Below, piece by piece: positions 10,381 through 20,043 of a stretch of DNA of 64,000 nucleotides. The position numbers and the translations under genes are program-made. This stretch comes from Thermoflexus hugenholtzii JAD2 (GTDB lineage: Bacteria; Chloroflexota; Dehalococcoidia; UBA2979). The notes under the pieces were generated by a model, which saw nothing but the letters and a program-made list of their open reading frames with translations, did no database searches and was not told where the DNA came from. Location: assembly GCA_945903275.1 (NCBI GenBank), contig CAMDNW010000001.1, positions 128,303-192,302 on the forward strand. The letters are read 5' to 3'. Position 1 is the first letter of the stretch. Every line of letters begins with the position of its first letter.

Positions 10381-10572
10381 TGAAGGCGTCCCTTCCGTCG
10401 GCCGGCAAGACTGTGCCGATGATGCGGCTCGTGCGCTTTAGCCGCGTGAGGTGGAAGCGGAGTGGGGGGCACGCCTTCGTGGCTCCGCACTCAGGGACGG
10501 AACGGCGCTGAGACGATTCGCTGTTCAACGGCGGCTATCTCCCGTCCCTGCAACCCAAGTCGGATACCTTCA
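10381..10572 (-). ncRNA. Putative structured ncRNA (closing stem plus four branched hairpins)
   Basis: Nested inverted repeats; G-U pairs favour the minus strand; no credible ORF. Confidence 0.45.
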
Positions 10573-10665
10573 GTACAGCGCAGTACTGCGGTTGCCACGC
10601 GCATGATCGTTGCAATACGCCACGAACGGGGTGCATGTGCGCACATGCACGGACGCGAAACGCGT

Positions 10666-13083
10666 CTATGGCCGGTCGCCATTCCCCCCAAGCGCGCTCG
10701 GCATCGGCATCGCCGCCTCGGCGTCCGCCTCCACACGGTGCGTGAGCACCTCCCGCGAGCCGCCCGCGCCGTCGGCAGGTCCAACGATGCCGCGTAGCTC
10801 GAGATCGTCCATGAGCCGGGCTGCGCGCGGATAGCCGATGCGCAGCCGCCGCTGGAGCAGCGAGGTCGAGATGCGCTGGCTCTCACGGGCGAGTTCAATC
10901 GCTTTCACCATCACCGGGTCGTCCTCATCGGCCGGCGCTTCGGCCTCCGCGAGCGCTCGCTCCGCGTCGGCCAACAGGTCGTCGTGCTTCTCGGGCACGA
11001 GGTCACCGAAGCGCCCGTCCGTCCAGAAACTCACGATTGATTCGATTTCCGGGTCGGTCAGGTAGACGCCCTGCAACCGGATAGGCTTCTGCGTGTCCGT
11101 CGGGACGTAGAGCATGTCGCCGCGGCCTAGTAGCTTCTCCGCGCCGCCCTGGTCGAGCACCGTCCGCGAGTCCACCTGCGACGACATTGCGAACGCGATG
11201 CGCGTCGGGAAGTTCGCCTTGATCAGCCCCGTTACCACGTCTACGGACGGGCGCTGTGTCGCGATGATCAGGTGGATGCCCGCCGCCCGTCCTAACTGTG
11301 CGAGGCGCACCAATTGCTGCTCTACCTGGAACGGCGCAGCCATCATCAAGTCGGCGAGTTCGTCGATGACCGTCACCCAATACGGCAGCTTGCCGCTCTC
11401 CGTGATCTCGTTGTAGCGCTTGATGTTCCGCACTCCCGCCTGCGCGAATCGGCGGTACCGCGACTCCATCTCGTGGATCACCGCTTGGAGCGTCCCGACG
11501 ACCTTCTCCATATCGACGACGATCTTCGAGAACGCGAGGTGCGGCACCTTATCGAACGCGGTGAGTTCCACACGCTTCGGGTCAACAAGGATCAGGCGCA
11601 ACTCCTCGGGTGAGTGATCCATCAGCAGGCACGTGATGATCGAGTTCAGGCAAACTGATTTACCCGATCCGGTCGCTCCGGCGATCAATAGGTGAGGCAT
11701 CGTCGTCAGGTCGGCGACGACTGGCTCGCCCGAGACCCCCGAGCCGAGCGCGATCGGCAGCGCGAACTCCTTGAGTGACTTCTGGAACTTCGGCGACTCC
11801 ATGACCGAGCGCAGCGTCACGATGCTCGATACCCCATTGGGCACCTCGATGCCCACGATCGACTTCCCGGGCACTGGCGCCTCGATACGCAACGCGGGCG
11901 TCGCCAGCGCGAGCGCAAGGTCATTCTGCAACTGCGTGATCCGGTTCACGCGGATGCGTGTGCGCGAGACTTCGACATCTTTGGTGCGCTGCTCCCCGTT
12001 GTCATCGGTCAGCGCCTGTCCCGAGGCGTCCCGCTCCACGACCGCACGCGTACGTACGTCCCAGCCCGGTTCCACACCAAACTGTGTGATCGTCGGGCCC
12101 TCGTTGATCTGTGTGACCCGCGCGTCCACGCTGAATGAGGCGAGCGTGTCCACGATCAACTGCGCGCGCCGCTCGTTGTCCGGCGCGCCGTCGACGGGCG
12201 CCGGTGCTTCTTTCAGCGCCGAAATAGGCGGCAACTGCCAACCGTCTGCGGAGTGCCTCCATTCGGTCGCCGAGTGCTCCATATCCATCGAGATTTGTAC
12301 GGCCGTCTTCGGCTCGCGCGCCCGCCGTCGCCGTGCCGGGGTTTCTTCATCGGTTGCGGCCACTTCAGCGACCGTTGCCACTGCCGCCCCCGGCAGCACT
12401 GCCACTGGCGCACCCACGCCGGTGGGTGCGCCAGTGCGCGGTGCGCGGATGCGGCGCCACAGTCCCCGCGCTGCACGGCCCACCGCCCGTCCTGCCGACC
12501 GGTGCAGTCCAAGGCCCACGAGCCATGCCCAGAAGCCGCGCAGCCCCCGCTGCAGCAGCCCCCGGAGGGCATCGAGGCCTGCCCGGGCGGTGCGTGGCCA
12601 CACCAGCGCGAAGCCGAGGGGGAGCGTCACCAGCCAGAAGGCTCCAGCGACCCACGACGCCGTTAATCTCGTGCCGAAGTCGCCGCCTGCCGAATGATTC
12701 GCAAGGCTGACCGCACCGACGGTCGTCTCGGGATACCAGCGGCCCAGAATGCCCTCGGAGAATGCGAGCAGTAGCAGCGCGCCGACCATGTGGCGGCGAT
12801 GGCGGGTGAGCCAGTCGGTGTGCCGCATTGCCAGCGCCGCTCCGGTGGAGGCGATTGCCAGCGTGAGCGTGAAGACGTGTACGCCGAGTGCCTGAACCAG
12901 TCCGTCGCGGGCGCTGCGGATCACACCCGCCAGCGGCAGCAGGAACGGCAGCACGGCGGTCGCGGCGACCACCAGCAGCGTGCCAATGACCTCGGGCCGC
13001 AGCAGGCGTCTACCGACGCTGAACAGGTCGGGTATATGCGGGCCGTTCGCCGCGCGAACGCGGCGGGTTCTGGTTCGTGCCAT
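10666..13083 (-). CDS. ftsK: DNA translocase FtsK/SpoIIIE
   Basis: N-terminal TMs, PHLLIAGATGSGKS, IDELADLMM, ATQRPS, gamma domain LQRRLRIGYPRAARL. Confidence 0.97.
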   Translation of the reverse strand: MARTRTRRVRAANGPHIPDLFSVGRRLLRPEVIGTLLVVAATAVLPFLLPLAGVIRSARDGLVQALGVHVFTLTLAIASTGAALAMRHTDWLTRHRRHMVGALLLLAFSEGILGRWYPETTVGAVSLANHSAGGDFGTRLTASWVAGAFWLVTLPLGFALVWPRTARAGLDALRGLLQRGLRGFWAWLVGLGLHRSAGRAVGRAARGLWRRIRAPRTGAPTGVGAPVAVLPGAAVATVAEVAATDEETPARRRRAREPKTAVQISMDMEHSATEWRHSADGWQLPPISALKEAPAPVDGAPDNERRAQLIVDTLASFSVDARVTQINEGPTITQFGVEPGWDVRTRAVVERDASGQALTDDNGEQRTKDVEVSRTRIRVNRITQLQNDLALALATPALRIEAPVPGKSIVGIEVPNGVSSIVTLRSVMESPKFQKSLKEFALPIALGSGVSGEPVVADLTTMPHLLIAGATGSGKSVCLNSIITCLLMDHSPEELRLILVDPKRVELTAFDKVPHLAFSKIVVDMEKVVGTLQAVIHEMESRYRRFAQAGVRNIKRYNEITESGKLPYWVTVIDELADLMMAAPFQVEQQLVRLAQLGRAAGIHLIIATQRPSVDVVTGLIKANFPTRIAFAMSSQVDSRTVLDQGGAEKLLGRGDMLYVPTDTQKPIRLQGVYLTDPEIESIVSFWTDGRFGDLVPEKHDDLLADAERALAEAEAPADEDDPVMVKAIELARESQRISTSLLQRRLRIGYPRAARLMDDLELRGIVGPADGAGGSREVLTHRVEADAEAAMPMPSALGGNGDRP

Positions 13084-13168
13084 CTTTCGTTCCTCGCCCA
13101 GGAGACGCCCGCCACGGCCCCCGGCTGGGTGCTGAACGTTTGGCCGCCCTTGCGGCCGGGAAGTGTGT

Positions 13169-14824
13169 CTACACCTCCACTGTGATCGGCAGCACCAGCG
13201 GCCGCCGCCTTGTTTGCTCGTGGAGATATGTCGCCACGTCGTCCTTCAGAGTATCGCGGATGCCTGCCCAGTCGACACGCGTCTGCTCTCTGCCCAGCCG
13301 GTCGGCAATGAGCGACTGGATGCCCTCGACGATCGTCGGCTCCTCTTCGGGGCCAACGAAGCCGTGCGTCATTACTTCGGGCCGTCGCAGCAATGCACCG
13401 TTCTGCCGATCGATAGCTACCACGACCACTACCATGCCGTCGCTCGCGAGGTGCTGCCGGTCTCGTAGCACGATGTGGTCTACGTCGCCGATGCCAAGGC
13501 CGTCGACGTACACGTACTCCGCCGGCACTCGCTCGCCGGTGACGCGTGCGCCGTCCTCGTCGATTTCCATGACATCGCCGTCCGTCAGCACCAGTGCGTC
13601 CTTCTCATCCATCCCCAGCGTGATCGCCAGCTGGCGATGCAGCACTAGGTGGCGGTATTCGCCGTGGATGCCGATGAAGTGCTTCGGCCGCACGAGCCGG
13701 TGGATGATCTTGAGTTCTTCCTGTGCTGCGTGGCCGCGGACATGTACCGGCGCCAGCCGGTTGTAGATCACGTGCGCCCCGGCTTTGTAGAGGTTGTCGA
13801 TGTTGCGGTACACGAGCTTCTCGTTGCCTGGGACTGGGTTCGAGGAGAGTATCACCGTGTCGTTGCGCTGGATGACGATGTTCTGATGCGTCCCGTTCGC
13901 CATACGCGTGAGCGCCGAGGTCGGCTCGCCCTGCGATCCGGTGCAGATCACCACGGTCTTCGCGGTTGGCTGGTTATCCATCTCGCGGGCGGTAATCAGC
14001 GCTCCCGGCGGCACCTTCAGATAGCCGAGTTCGCGCGCCATCTGCGTGTTGTTCACCATCGACCGCCCGGTTACGAACACGCGCCGCCCATGCTTCGTGG
14101 CGGCGTCGATCACGATCTGGATGCGCGAGATCAGCGAGGCGAACGTGGTAACAATCACCCGATCCGGTGCGTCGGCGATCACACGCTCAATAGCATCGGC
14201 GACCGTTTGCTCTGACGGGGTGTATCCCTCGATCTCGATATAGGTCGAGTCCATCGCCAGCAGCAGCGCTCCCTCTTTACCGATTTCGGCAAGGCGCTGG
14301 AGGTCGGTGTGTTGTCCCATTACCGGTGTGTGGTCGATTTTGAAGTCGCCGGTGTGTACCACCGTGCCGAGCGGCGTGTGGATTAGCAGCGCCGCCGCAT
14401 CCGGAATCGAGTGGGACACCGAGACAAACTCGACGCGGAACGCGCCAACCTCGACGGTATTGCCGACCTCGACGACTTGGACGTGCGCGTCGTTCTGGAG
14501 CCGGTGTTCCTTCAACTTCACATCGACCAGCCCGCGCGTCAGCCGCGTGCAGAACACAGGAACGTTCAGTTCCTTGAGCAGGAACGGCAGCGCGCCGATG
14601 TGGTCTTCGTGGCCGTGGGTGAGGAACACCGCTTTGAACCGATCGGCATGATCGATGACATAACTGATATCAGGGATCACAAGGTCGACGCCGAGCATCT
14701 CCTCTTCGGGGAACATCAGCCCCACGTCGACGGCGATTATGTCCTCACCGTACTCGTACAGCATCATGTTCCGGCCGATCTCACCGAGACCGCCGAGTGG
14801 GATCACACGCAACGCCGGACTCAT
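13169..14824 (-). CDS. rnj: Ribonuclease J
   Basis: PLGGLGEIGRNM, THGHEDHIG, HTGDFKID, TGSQGEP; start at the ATG overlapping the udg stop. Confidence 0.97.
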   Translation of the reverse strand: MSPALRVIPLGGLGEIGRNMMLYEYGEDIIAVDVGLMFPEEEMLGVDLVIPDISYVIDHADRFKAVFLTHGHEDHIGALPFLLKELNVPVFCTRLTRGLVDVKLKEHRLQNDAHVQVVEVGNTVEVGAFRVEFVSVSHSIPDAAALLIHTPLGTVVHTGDFKIDHTPVMGQHTDLQRLAEIGKEGALLLAMDSTYIEIEGYTPSEQTVADAIERVIADAPDRVIVTTFASLISRIQIVIDAATKHGRRVFVTGRSMVNNTQMARELGYLKVPPGALITAREMDNQPTAKTVVICTGSQGEPTSALTRMANGTHQNIVIQRNDTVILSSNPVPGNEKLVYRNIDNLYKAGAHVIYNRLAPVHVRGHAAQEELKIIHRLVRPKHFIGIHGEYRHLVLHRQLAITLGMDEKDALVLTDGDVMEIDEDGARVTGERVPAEYVYVDGLGIGDVDHIVLRDRQHLASDGMVVVVVAIDRQNGALLRRPEVMTHGFVGPEEEPTIVEGIQSLIADRLGREQTRVDWAGIRDTLKDDVATYLHEQTRRRPLVLPITVEV

Positions 14825-15438
14825 CGCACCGCCTCGGGCGCCGAGGTCGCCGCCTGCGCTATCAGGCCGGGCAGGGTGGCGAAGTCCGCCTCGATCACCG
14901 ATCGCAGCGAGCCGTTGTGCAGCGCCGCCGCTGGGTGATACATCGGCACAATCATCCGTCCCTCCGCGCGCATGGCCTTGCCATGGATGCGTGCGATTGT
15001 CTGACCCGGAAACCACCGTGCCATCGAGAATCGCCCCAGCGTCACGATCACGCGCGGGTCGACCATCGTGATCTGGCGGTCAAGGTAGTCGGCACAGGCC
15101 TCGATCTTGTTCGGCTCGGGGTCGCGGTTTCCCGGCGGGCGGCATTTCACGACGTTTGCGATGTAGACCGCCTCCCGTGAGAGTCCGATGCCCGCTAACA
15201 ACTCATCGAGGAACTTCCCGGCCGGGCCGACAAACGGGACACCCAAATCGTCTTCTCGGGCACCTGGCGCCTCACCGATCAACATGATGTCTGCGGCCGC
15301 AGGCCCCGCACCCGGCACTGTCCGCGAGCGAGTACGCGCCAGCGGGCAGCGTGGGCAGTCCGCGACCTCCTCGTAGAGCGGTGCCCAGATCGGATCGATG
15401 GTCGAGACGGAAGCAGTGCCTCCGGGGGGTTGTGCCAT
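14821..15438 (-). CDS. udg: Uracil-DNA glycosylase family 4 (Fe-S)
   Basis: CxxCxL, IGEAPG, PFVGPAG, KCRPPGNRDP, YHPAA; TGcTACGAT 6 nt upstream (leaderless). Confidence 0.94.
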   Translation of the reverse strand: MAQPPGGTASVSTIDPIWAPLYEEVADCPRCPLARTRSRTVPGAGPAAADIMLIGEAPGAREDDLGVPFVGPAGKFLDELLAGIGLSREAVYIANVVKCRPPGNRDPEPNKIEACADYLDRQITMVDPRVIVTLGRFSMARWFPGQTIARIHGKAMRAEGRMIVPMYHPAAALHNGSLRSVIEADFATLPGLIAQAATSAPEAVR

Positions 15439-15489
15439 AAGGTTATCGTAGCACCGGGGAGGGAACCCCTCCACAGCGTATGCAGGTGA

Positions 15490-16278
15490 TCAGTTTCTCC
15501 GAACAAGCCATGCGAGGCCGATGCCGAGGAAGTACAGCACCACAATCGGCCCCGCCACGAGCGTCTGTGTGACTGGATCGGGCGTCGGCGTGAGGACTGC
15601 TGAGGCCACGAACGCAATCACGATCGCAAACCGCCACATGCGCCAGAGCTTCCCGGCTGTCACTAGCCCGAACTTGGCTAGCCCCATGATGATGACTGGT
15701 GTCTCGAAAACTAGCCCGCAGACGAGGATCAAGCGGGTGGTGAGATCCATATAACTGCTGATCGTCGGCGTCGGGTCAGCGATCTGCTCGGCGCCGAACT
15801 GAAACAGGAAACCATATGCCGTCGGTAGCACAATGAAATAGGCGAACATAACGCCCAGCACGAACATCGCGGACGCCCCGATGGTGACCGGATAGATCCA
15901 TCGCTTCTCGTTCGGCATGAGCGCCGGACTGATGAACCGGAACGTCTGGAAGATGATCATCGGCATCGCGAATGAGAGTCCGCCAAGCAGCGCGACCCGG
16001 AAGTACACAAGGATATTTTCCATCGGCGAGATCGCCTGGGCATTGAACGACTCGACATTTCGCAGCGCCGGCTCCTTCAGCAGTTCAATGGCGCGAAACC
16101 CGACCGCTGGCACGAAGAACACCGACATGCCAAGGACGGTGGCGAACGCCATCCAGAACACGCGCTTCCGCAGTTCGAGTAGATGTTCGAGGATCGTCAT
16201 CTCGCCGGCCGCTGCCGCCGCGCGCCGTGTCACGTCGTCGTCCGGGTCGCGCTGAATCGGCGTGATGTTGGTCGCCAT
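15490..16278 (-). CDS. tatC: Twin-arginine translocase subunit TatC
   Basis: MTILEHLLELRKR, FETP, TPTPDP, multiple TMs. Confidence 0.96.
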   Translation of the reverse strand: MATNITPIQRDPDDDVTRRAAAAAGEMTILEHLLELRKRVFWMAFATVLGMSVFFVPAVGFRAIELLKEPALRNVESFNAQAISPMENILVYFRVALLGGLSFAMPMIIFQTFRFISPALMPNEKRWIYPVTIGASAMFVLGVMFAYFIVLPTAYGFLFQFGAEQIADPTPTISSYMDLTTRLILVCGLVFETPVIIMGLAKFGLVTAGKLWRMWRFAIVIAFVASAVLTPTPDPVTQTLVAGPIVVLYFLGIGLAWLVRRN

Positions 16279-16586
16279 CAGGGCTTGCGATCCTCCGGCG
16301 GCGTGTCAGTCGAGGCTGCGTCACGCGTCTCCGAGCCGATCCATTCCACGTCGCGGCCGATCTCGCGAATTGAGCGTAGGTCATCGGTCTGTTCGTTGAC
16401 CTCGCGCTCCAGGTCGCTCATTGCTCCCTGGACATCTTTCATCACAGCGTCCGCGTACTGCCGTGCCGTCCGGTACCAACGCCCGCCCTGGCGTGCGATC
16501 TCTGGAAAGCGCTGTGGCCCCACGACGATGAGCGTGATCACGAGGATCAGACCTGCTTCGCCGATGCCGACACCTATGAATTCCAT
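16278..16586 (-). CDS. TatA/TatB-family subunit (TatB-like)
   Basis: GxxE-TM-VGPQRFPE followed by an amphipathic helix; coupled to tatC. Confidence 0.9.
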   Translation of the reverse strand: MEFIGVGIGEAGLILVITLIVVGPQRFPEIARQGGRWYRTARQYADAVMKDVQGAMSDLEREVNEQTDDLRSIREIGRDVEWIGSETRDAASTDTPPEDRKP

Positions 16587-16626
16587 AGCCGCTCCGTATG
16601 CGGGCCTGTCCCGTGCAGAAATGATA

Positions 16627-16682
16627 CGCCCGGCGCAGACGGGCGGCCTTCCCGGGCGGGATGCCGCCCGGTACGCCGGGCG
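16627..16682. terminator. GC-rich hairpin between acpP and the tat genes
   Basis: CGCCCGGCG...GGGCGGC/GCCGCCC...CGCCGGGCG; no clear U-tract. Confidence 0.4.
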
Positions 16683-16714
16683 CTCAGTATTGCCGGATGG
16701 CTGCGGTGTGGCGG

Positions 16715-16975
16715 TTAGTCGTCCTCAACCCCCGCGTCGTGAATGAAGTCCACCGCGTCCTGTACGGTCTGGATCTTCTCCGCGTCTTCGTCCGAAATCT
16801 CGATTGCGGAGCCGTCCTTCGAGAACTCCTCCTCAATCGACATGATCAACTCGACTAGGTCGAGCGAGTCCGCGTTGAGGTCATCGACGAACGAGGCGTT
16901 CGGCGTGACCTGCGACTCTTCGACGCCGAGCTGGTCAACGACCATCGACCGAACGCGCTCGTATACAGATGCCAT
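16715..16975 (-). CDS. acpP: Acyl carrier protein
   Basis: [14 protein letters not shown] phosphopantetheine motif. Confidence 0.97.
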   Translation of the reverse strand: MASVYERVRSMVVDQLGVEESQVTPNASFVDDLNADSLDLVELIMSIEEEFSKDGSAIEISDEDAEKIQTVQDAVDFIHDAGVEDD

Positions 16976-16998
16976 GTCGTTGACCCCTTCTTCCCGGT

Positions 16999-17457
16999 TC
17001 ATTCTGCTGTCGCCTCCTCCGGTGGTTCTCCACCGCTTGAGGCCGCCAGCGCTATCGCGCCGAGTACCCCGTTGACAAACCGCCCTGATGATTCTGATCC
17101 ATACCCTTTGGCCAATTCAACTGCTTCGTTGATGGCCGTCCGGAGCGGAGCCGGCTGATTATCAAAAAGCACCTCGTAGATTGCAAGGCGCAGGACGTTC
17201 CTGTCCACCGCCGCCATGTCTTCCAGCGGGAATGCTGGGGCGCGTTCGCGTATCACGGTGTCTATCTGCTCCCGGTACTGCTCGACCCCTTCGACCAGTT
17301 CGCGTGCGAACTCTGCCGCATCTTCCGTCAGCCGCGCCTCCTGTAACTGGCGTTCAAGGACATCTTGGATGTCTTTCCGCGCACTCTCCGCCTCAAACAG
17401 CGTTTGGAATGCCACGATGCGCGACCGTCGCCGGGAGCCGCTCGCCATCGCCGTCAT
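16999..17457 (-). CDS. nusB: Transcription antitermination factor NusB
   Basis: [28 protein letters not shown]. Confidence 0.96.
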   Translation of the reverse strand: MTAMASGSRRRSRIVAFQTLFEAESARKDIQDVLERQLQEARLTEDAAEFARELVEGVEQYREQIDTVIRERAPAFPLEDMAAVDRNVLRLAIYEVLFDNQPAPLRTAINEAVELAKGYGSESSGRFVNGVLGAIALAASSGGEPPEEATAE

Positions 17458-18206
17458 TAGTGCATCACCACGCCGCCGTCGACGTTGAATGTCTGCCCGG
17501 TGATGTACCCTGCGCCATCCGATGCGAGGAACGCGACCGTTGGCGCGATCTCCTCCGGCTGCGCGTACCGCCCCATCGGCACCATCCGCAGGATCGCAGC
17601 CTGCTGCTCCTCCGTCAGTCCCGAGGTCATGTCAGTCAGCACGAACCCCGGCGCGACGGCATTCACCGTCACGCCGCGCCCCGCGACCTCTCGCGCCACT
17701 GCCTTCGTGAAGCCGATGATGCCGGCTTTTGCCGCTGCGTAGTTCGACTGCCCCGCGTTACCCATCTCACCGACGATCGAGGTGATGTTGATCACCCGTC
17801 CCCAGCGCGCGCGCGTCATCTGCCGCAGCGCGAGCTTCGTCGCGAGGAATGTCCCTTTCAGGTTGGTGTCGAGCACCGCGTCCCAAGATTCCTCGGACAT
17901 CCGTAGCACCAGCCCGTCGTCCGTCATTCCCGCGTTGTTCACGAGGATGTCCGGCCCTCCGAAAGCGTCATGCGCTGCCTCGACCATGCGCTCCACTGCC
18001 GCTGCGTCGCGCACGTCTACTTCGGCGGTCGCGCAGCGGACACCGAGGCTCGTCACCTCTGCAATGACCTGCTCCGCGAGTGCGGCGTTCGAGCGATATG
18101 TGAAGAAGACGTTCGCGCCCTGGCGCCCCAGTTCCAGCGCAATGGCGCGCCCGATGCCCCGGCTTCCGCCGGTGATCAGCGCGCTCTTGCCGTCGAGATT
18201 GCCCAT
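17457..18206 (-). CDS. fabG: 3-oxoacyl-ACP reductase
   Basis: TGGSRGIG, NNAG, YAAAK, VAPGF; fab cluster context. Confidence 0.96.
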   Translation of the reverse strand: MGNLDGKSALITGGSRGIGRAIALELGRQGANVFFTYRSNAALAEQVIAEVTSLGVRCATAEVDVRDAAAVERMVEAAHDAFGGPDILVNNAGMTDDGLVLRMSEESWDAVLDTNLKGTFLATKLALRQMTRARWGRVINITSIVGEMGNAGQSNYAAAKAGIIGFTKAVAREVAGRGVTVNAVAPGFVLTDMTSGLTEEQQAAILRMVPMGRYAQPEEIAPTVAFLASDGAGYITGQTFNVDGGVVMH

Positions 18207-18210
18207 GACG

Positions 18211-19167
18211 CTACTCGGAACCTTCGCCGCGAGCCTCGGCGGCAGTGCCGACGTTTCGCAGGACGGCGGATGGCTCGGTGCGCTTGAGCGCTCCAGTGAG
18301 GATCTTCCCCGGCCCGAACTCGATGAATGTCGTCACGCCCGCCGCGAGCATGGTGCGGACGTCGTCGACCCACAGCACCGGACTCGTTACCTGGTCGGTC
18401 AACTCCGAGGCAAACTCAGCCCCCCGGCTCATCACTCGTCCGTGGACGTTCGACACGACAGGTATCAGCGGATCTGCAAACAGAGCAGCGGCCAGTACGC
18501 CTCGCATTCCTGCGGCGGCGGTTTCCATCATCGGAGTATGGAACGCACCCGCCACGTTGAGCGGCAGCACGCGTACCGCGCCCGCCGCCTTCGCCGCCTC
18601 GCCGGTCGCTTCTACTGCTGCGGCCGTTCCGCCGATTGAGATGTTTCCTGGGGCGTTCTCGTTGCACAGCGATGCACCGTGTGTCTCGCAGAGTGCAGCG
18701 ACTTGCTCGCGCTGCAAGCCGAGCACCACCGCCATCGTGCCGGGATACGCGTCGCACGCTTCTTGCATCAGCCGCCCGCGCTCACGTACGAGCCGCAGCC
18801 CGTCCGCGAACGACAGCGACTCTGCCGCGATCAGCGCCGCGTACTCGCCGAGGGAGTGTCCCGCAACGAACGTCGCGCGCTCCGTGACCGTGCCTGCCTC
18901 GATAGCAGCGACGAGTGCGGCGATGCCGTGGACGACGACGGCCGGCTGCGTGTTTACCGTGCGCGTCAGTTCGTTTTCAGGGCCTTCGAAGCAGAGTTGC
19001 GACAGTGAGAAGCCCAGCGCCTCGTCGGCCGCGTCGAACACCGCACGGGCGGCTGGGGCGGACTCGTACAGGTCGCGACCCATGCCGACGAACTGTGCTC
19101 CCTGTCCGGGGAACAGCCATGCGGTATCACGCGACTGCGGCAGCGTGGGGATGACGATCTCAGGCAT
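18211..19167 (-). CDS. fabD: Malonyl CoA-ACP transacylase
   Basis: FPGQGAQ, GHSLGEY, AFHTPMM. Confidence 0.96.
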   Translation of the reverse strand: MPEIVIPTLPQSRDTAWLFPGQGAQFVGMGRDLYESAPAARAVFDAADEALGFSLSQLCFEGPENELTRTVNTQPAVVVHGIAALVAAIEAGTVTERATFVAGHSLGEYAALIAAESLSFADGLRLVRERGRLMQEACDAYPGTMAVVLGLQREQVAALCETHGASLCNENAPGNISIGGTAAAVEATGEAAKAAGAVRVLPLNVAGAFHTPMMETAAAGMRGVLAAALFADPLIPVVSNVHGRVMSRGAEFASELTDQVTSPVLWVDDVRTMLAAGVTTFIEFGPGKILTGALKRTEPSAVLRNVGTAAEARGEGSE

Positions 19168-19232
19168 AGACGTCCCGTCCTGTTGTAGGCACTAGTAAGC
19201 CGGACGGAACCGGCGGGAGCGAGTCTAGCTGG

Positions 19233-19427
19233 TTAGCGGGCGGCTGTAGCGGTGGCGGGACCGAGCACCTGTCGCCCGTTGTAGATGCCGCATACCGGGC
19301 AGACGCGGTGGTTCGCGCGCATTGCCCGGCATTGCGGGCAGCGCACCAGTTGCGCCGTCACCACGCGGTGGTGGCTGCGGCGGGTGCCCTGCTTCGAGGG
19401 GGGAGTGCGCTTCTTAGGTACCGCCAC
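19233..19427 (-). CDS. rpmF: 50S ribosomal protein L32 (zinc-binding form)
   Basis: GTG start AVPKKRT..RRSH, CPQC/CPVC; SD GGAGGA. Confidence 0.95.
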   Translation of the reverse strand: MAVPKKRTPPSKQGTRRSHHRVVTAQLVRCPQCRAMRANHRVCPVCGIYNGRQVLGPATATAAR

Positions 19428-19953
19428 GATGTTCCTCCGTCCGCAGCCGCTCTGCGAGCGCTGCGAGACTCGACCAAGCTGCTTCGGCCTGCTGATCCTC
19501 ATGCTCGTGCAGACGCTCGTTCAGGTTCTGCCCGCAAACGGGGCAGAGACCCGCACAATCCTCCCGGCACACCGGCTGGATGGGCAACGCCGCCTGTTCA
19601 TATTGCCTGACCGCCTCGCTGAGGTCGAGGTGGTTCAGGTCATCGATGCGGAACTCGTCCGGATCCGCCTCCACCGCCTCGCCCGTCACCGGGTCGTGGT
19701 GCGGCACGAACTCCTCGTCAACCTGCAGCGTGAGCGGCAGTTCGAATGCTTCGAGGCACCTCGCGCACTCGAGTGCCGGACGGACATCCATACGCGCCCG
19801 CACTAAGATGCCGCGTTCCGTGCGGAGCATATGTATCCGGCCGCTCGCCCTAGCGACATAACCAACATCCGGTGCCGACAGTTCGCCGTCGGCCTCAAAG
19901 AGGCGCGTAGCGCCCACCGGCTCCTGCAAGAGTGTTGCGACGTTGAACTGCAT
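19414..19953 (-). CDS. DUF177/YceD family protein
   Basis: CARCL, LDLSEAVRQ, CREDCAGLCPVCGQNLN; precedes rpmF; TGcTACGAT 7 nt upstream. Confidence 0.93.
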   Translation of the reverse strand: MQFNVATLLQEPVGATRLFEADGELSAPDVGYVARASGRIHMLRTERGILVRARMDVRPALECARCLEAFELPLTLQVDEEFVPHHDPVTGEAVEADPDEFRIDDLNHLDLSEAVRQYEQAALPIQPVCREDCAGLCPVCGQNLNERLHEHEDQQAEAAWSSLAALAERLRTEEHRGGT

Positions 19954-20043
19954 GTGGCTGATCGTAGCACCGGGAACGTCCAAGGCCTTACCGCGTTGTC
20001 TCCGTCAGCCGCTAGCGTCGGTGGGCGAGAGTGGGGGGAGTGT

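Noticed and set aside
10381..10572. Lysine riboswitch or 6S RNA assignment for the branched structure
   Set aside because: Lacks the AGAGGUGC/GCCGAA core, has no downstream gene, and is not a single long hairpin with a central bubble
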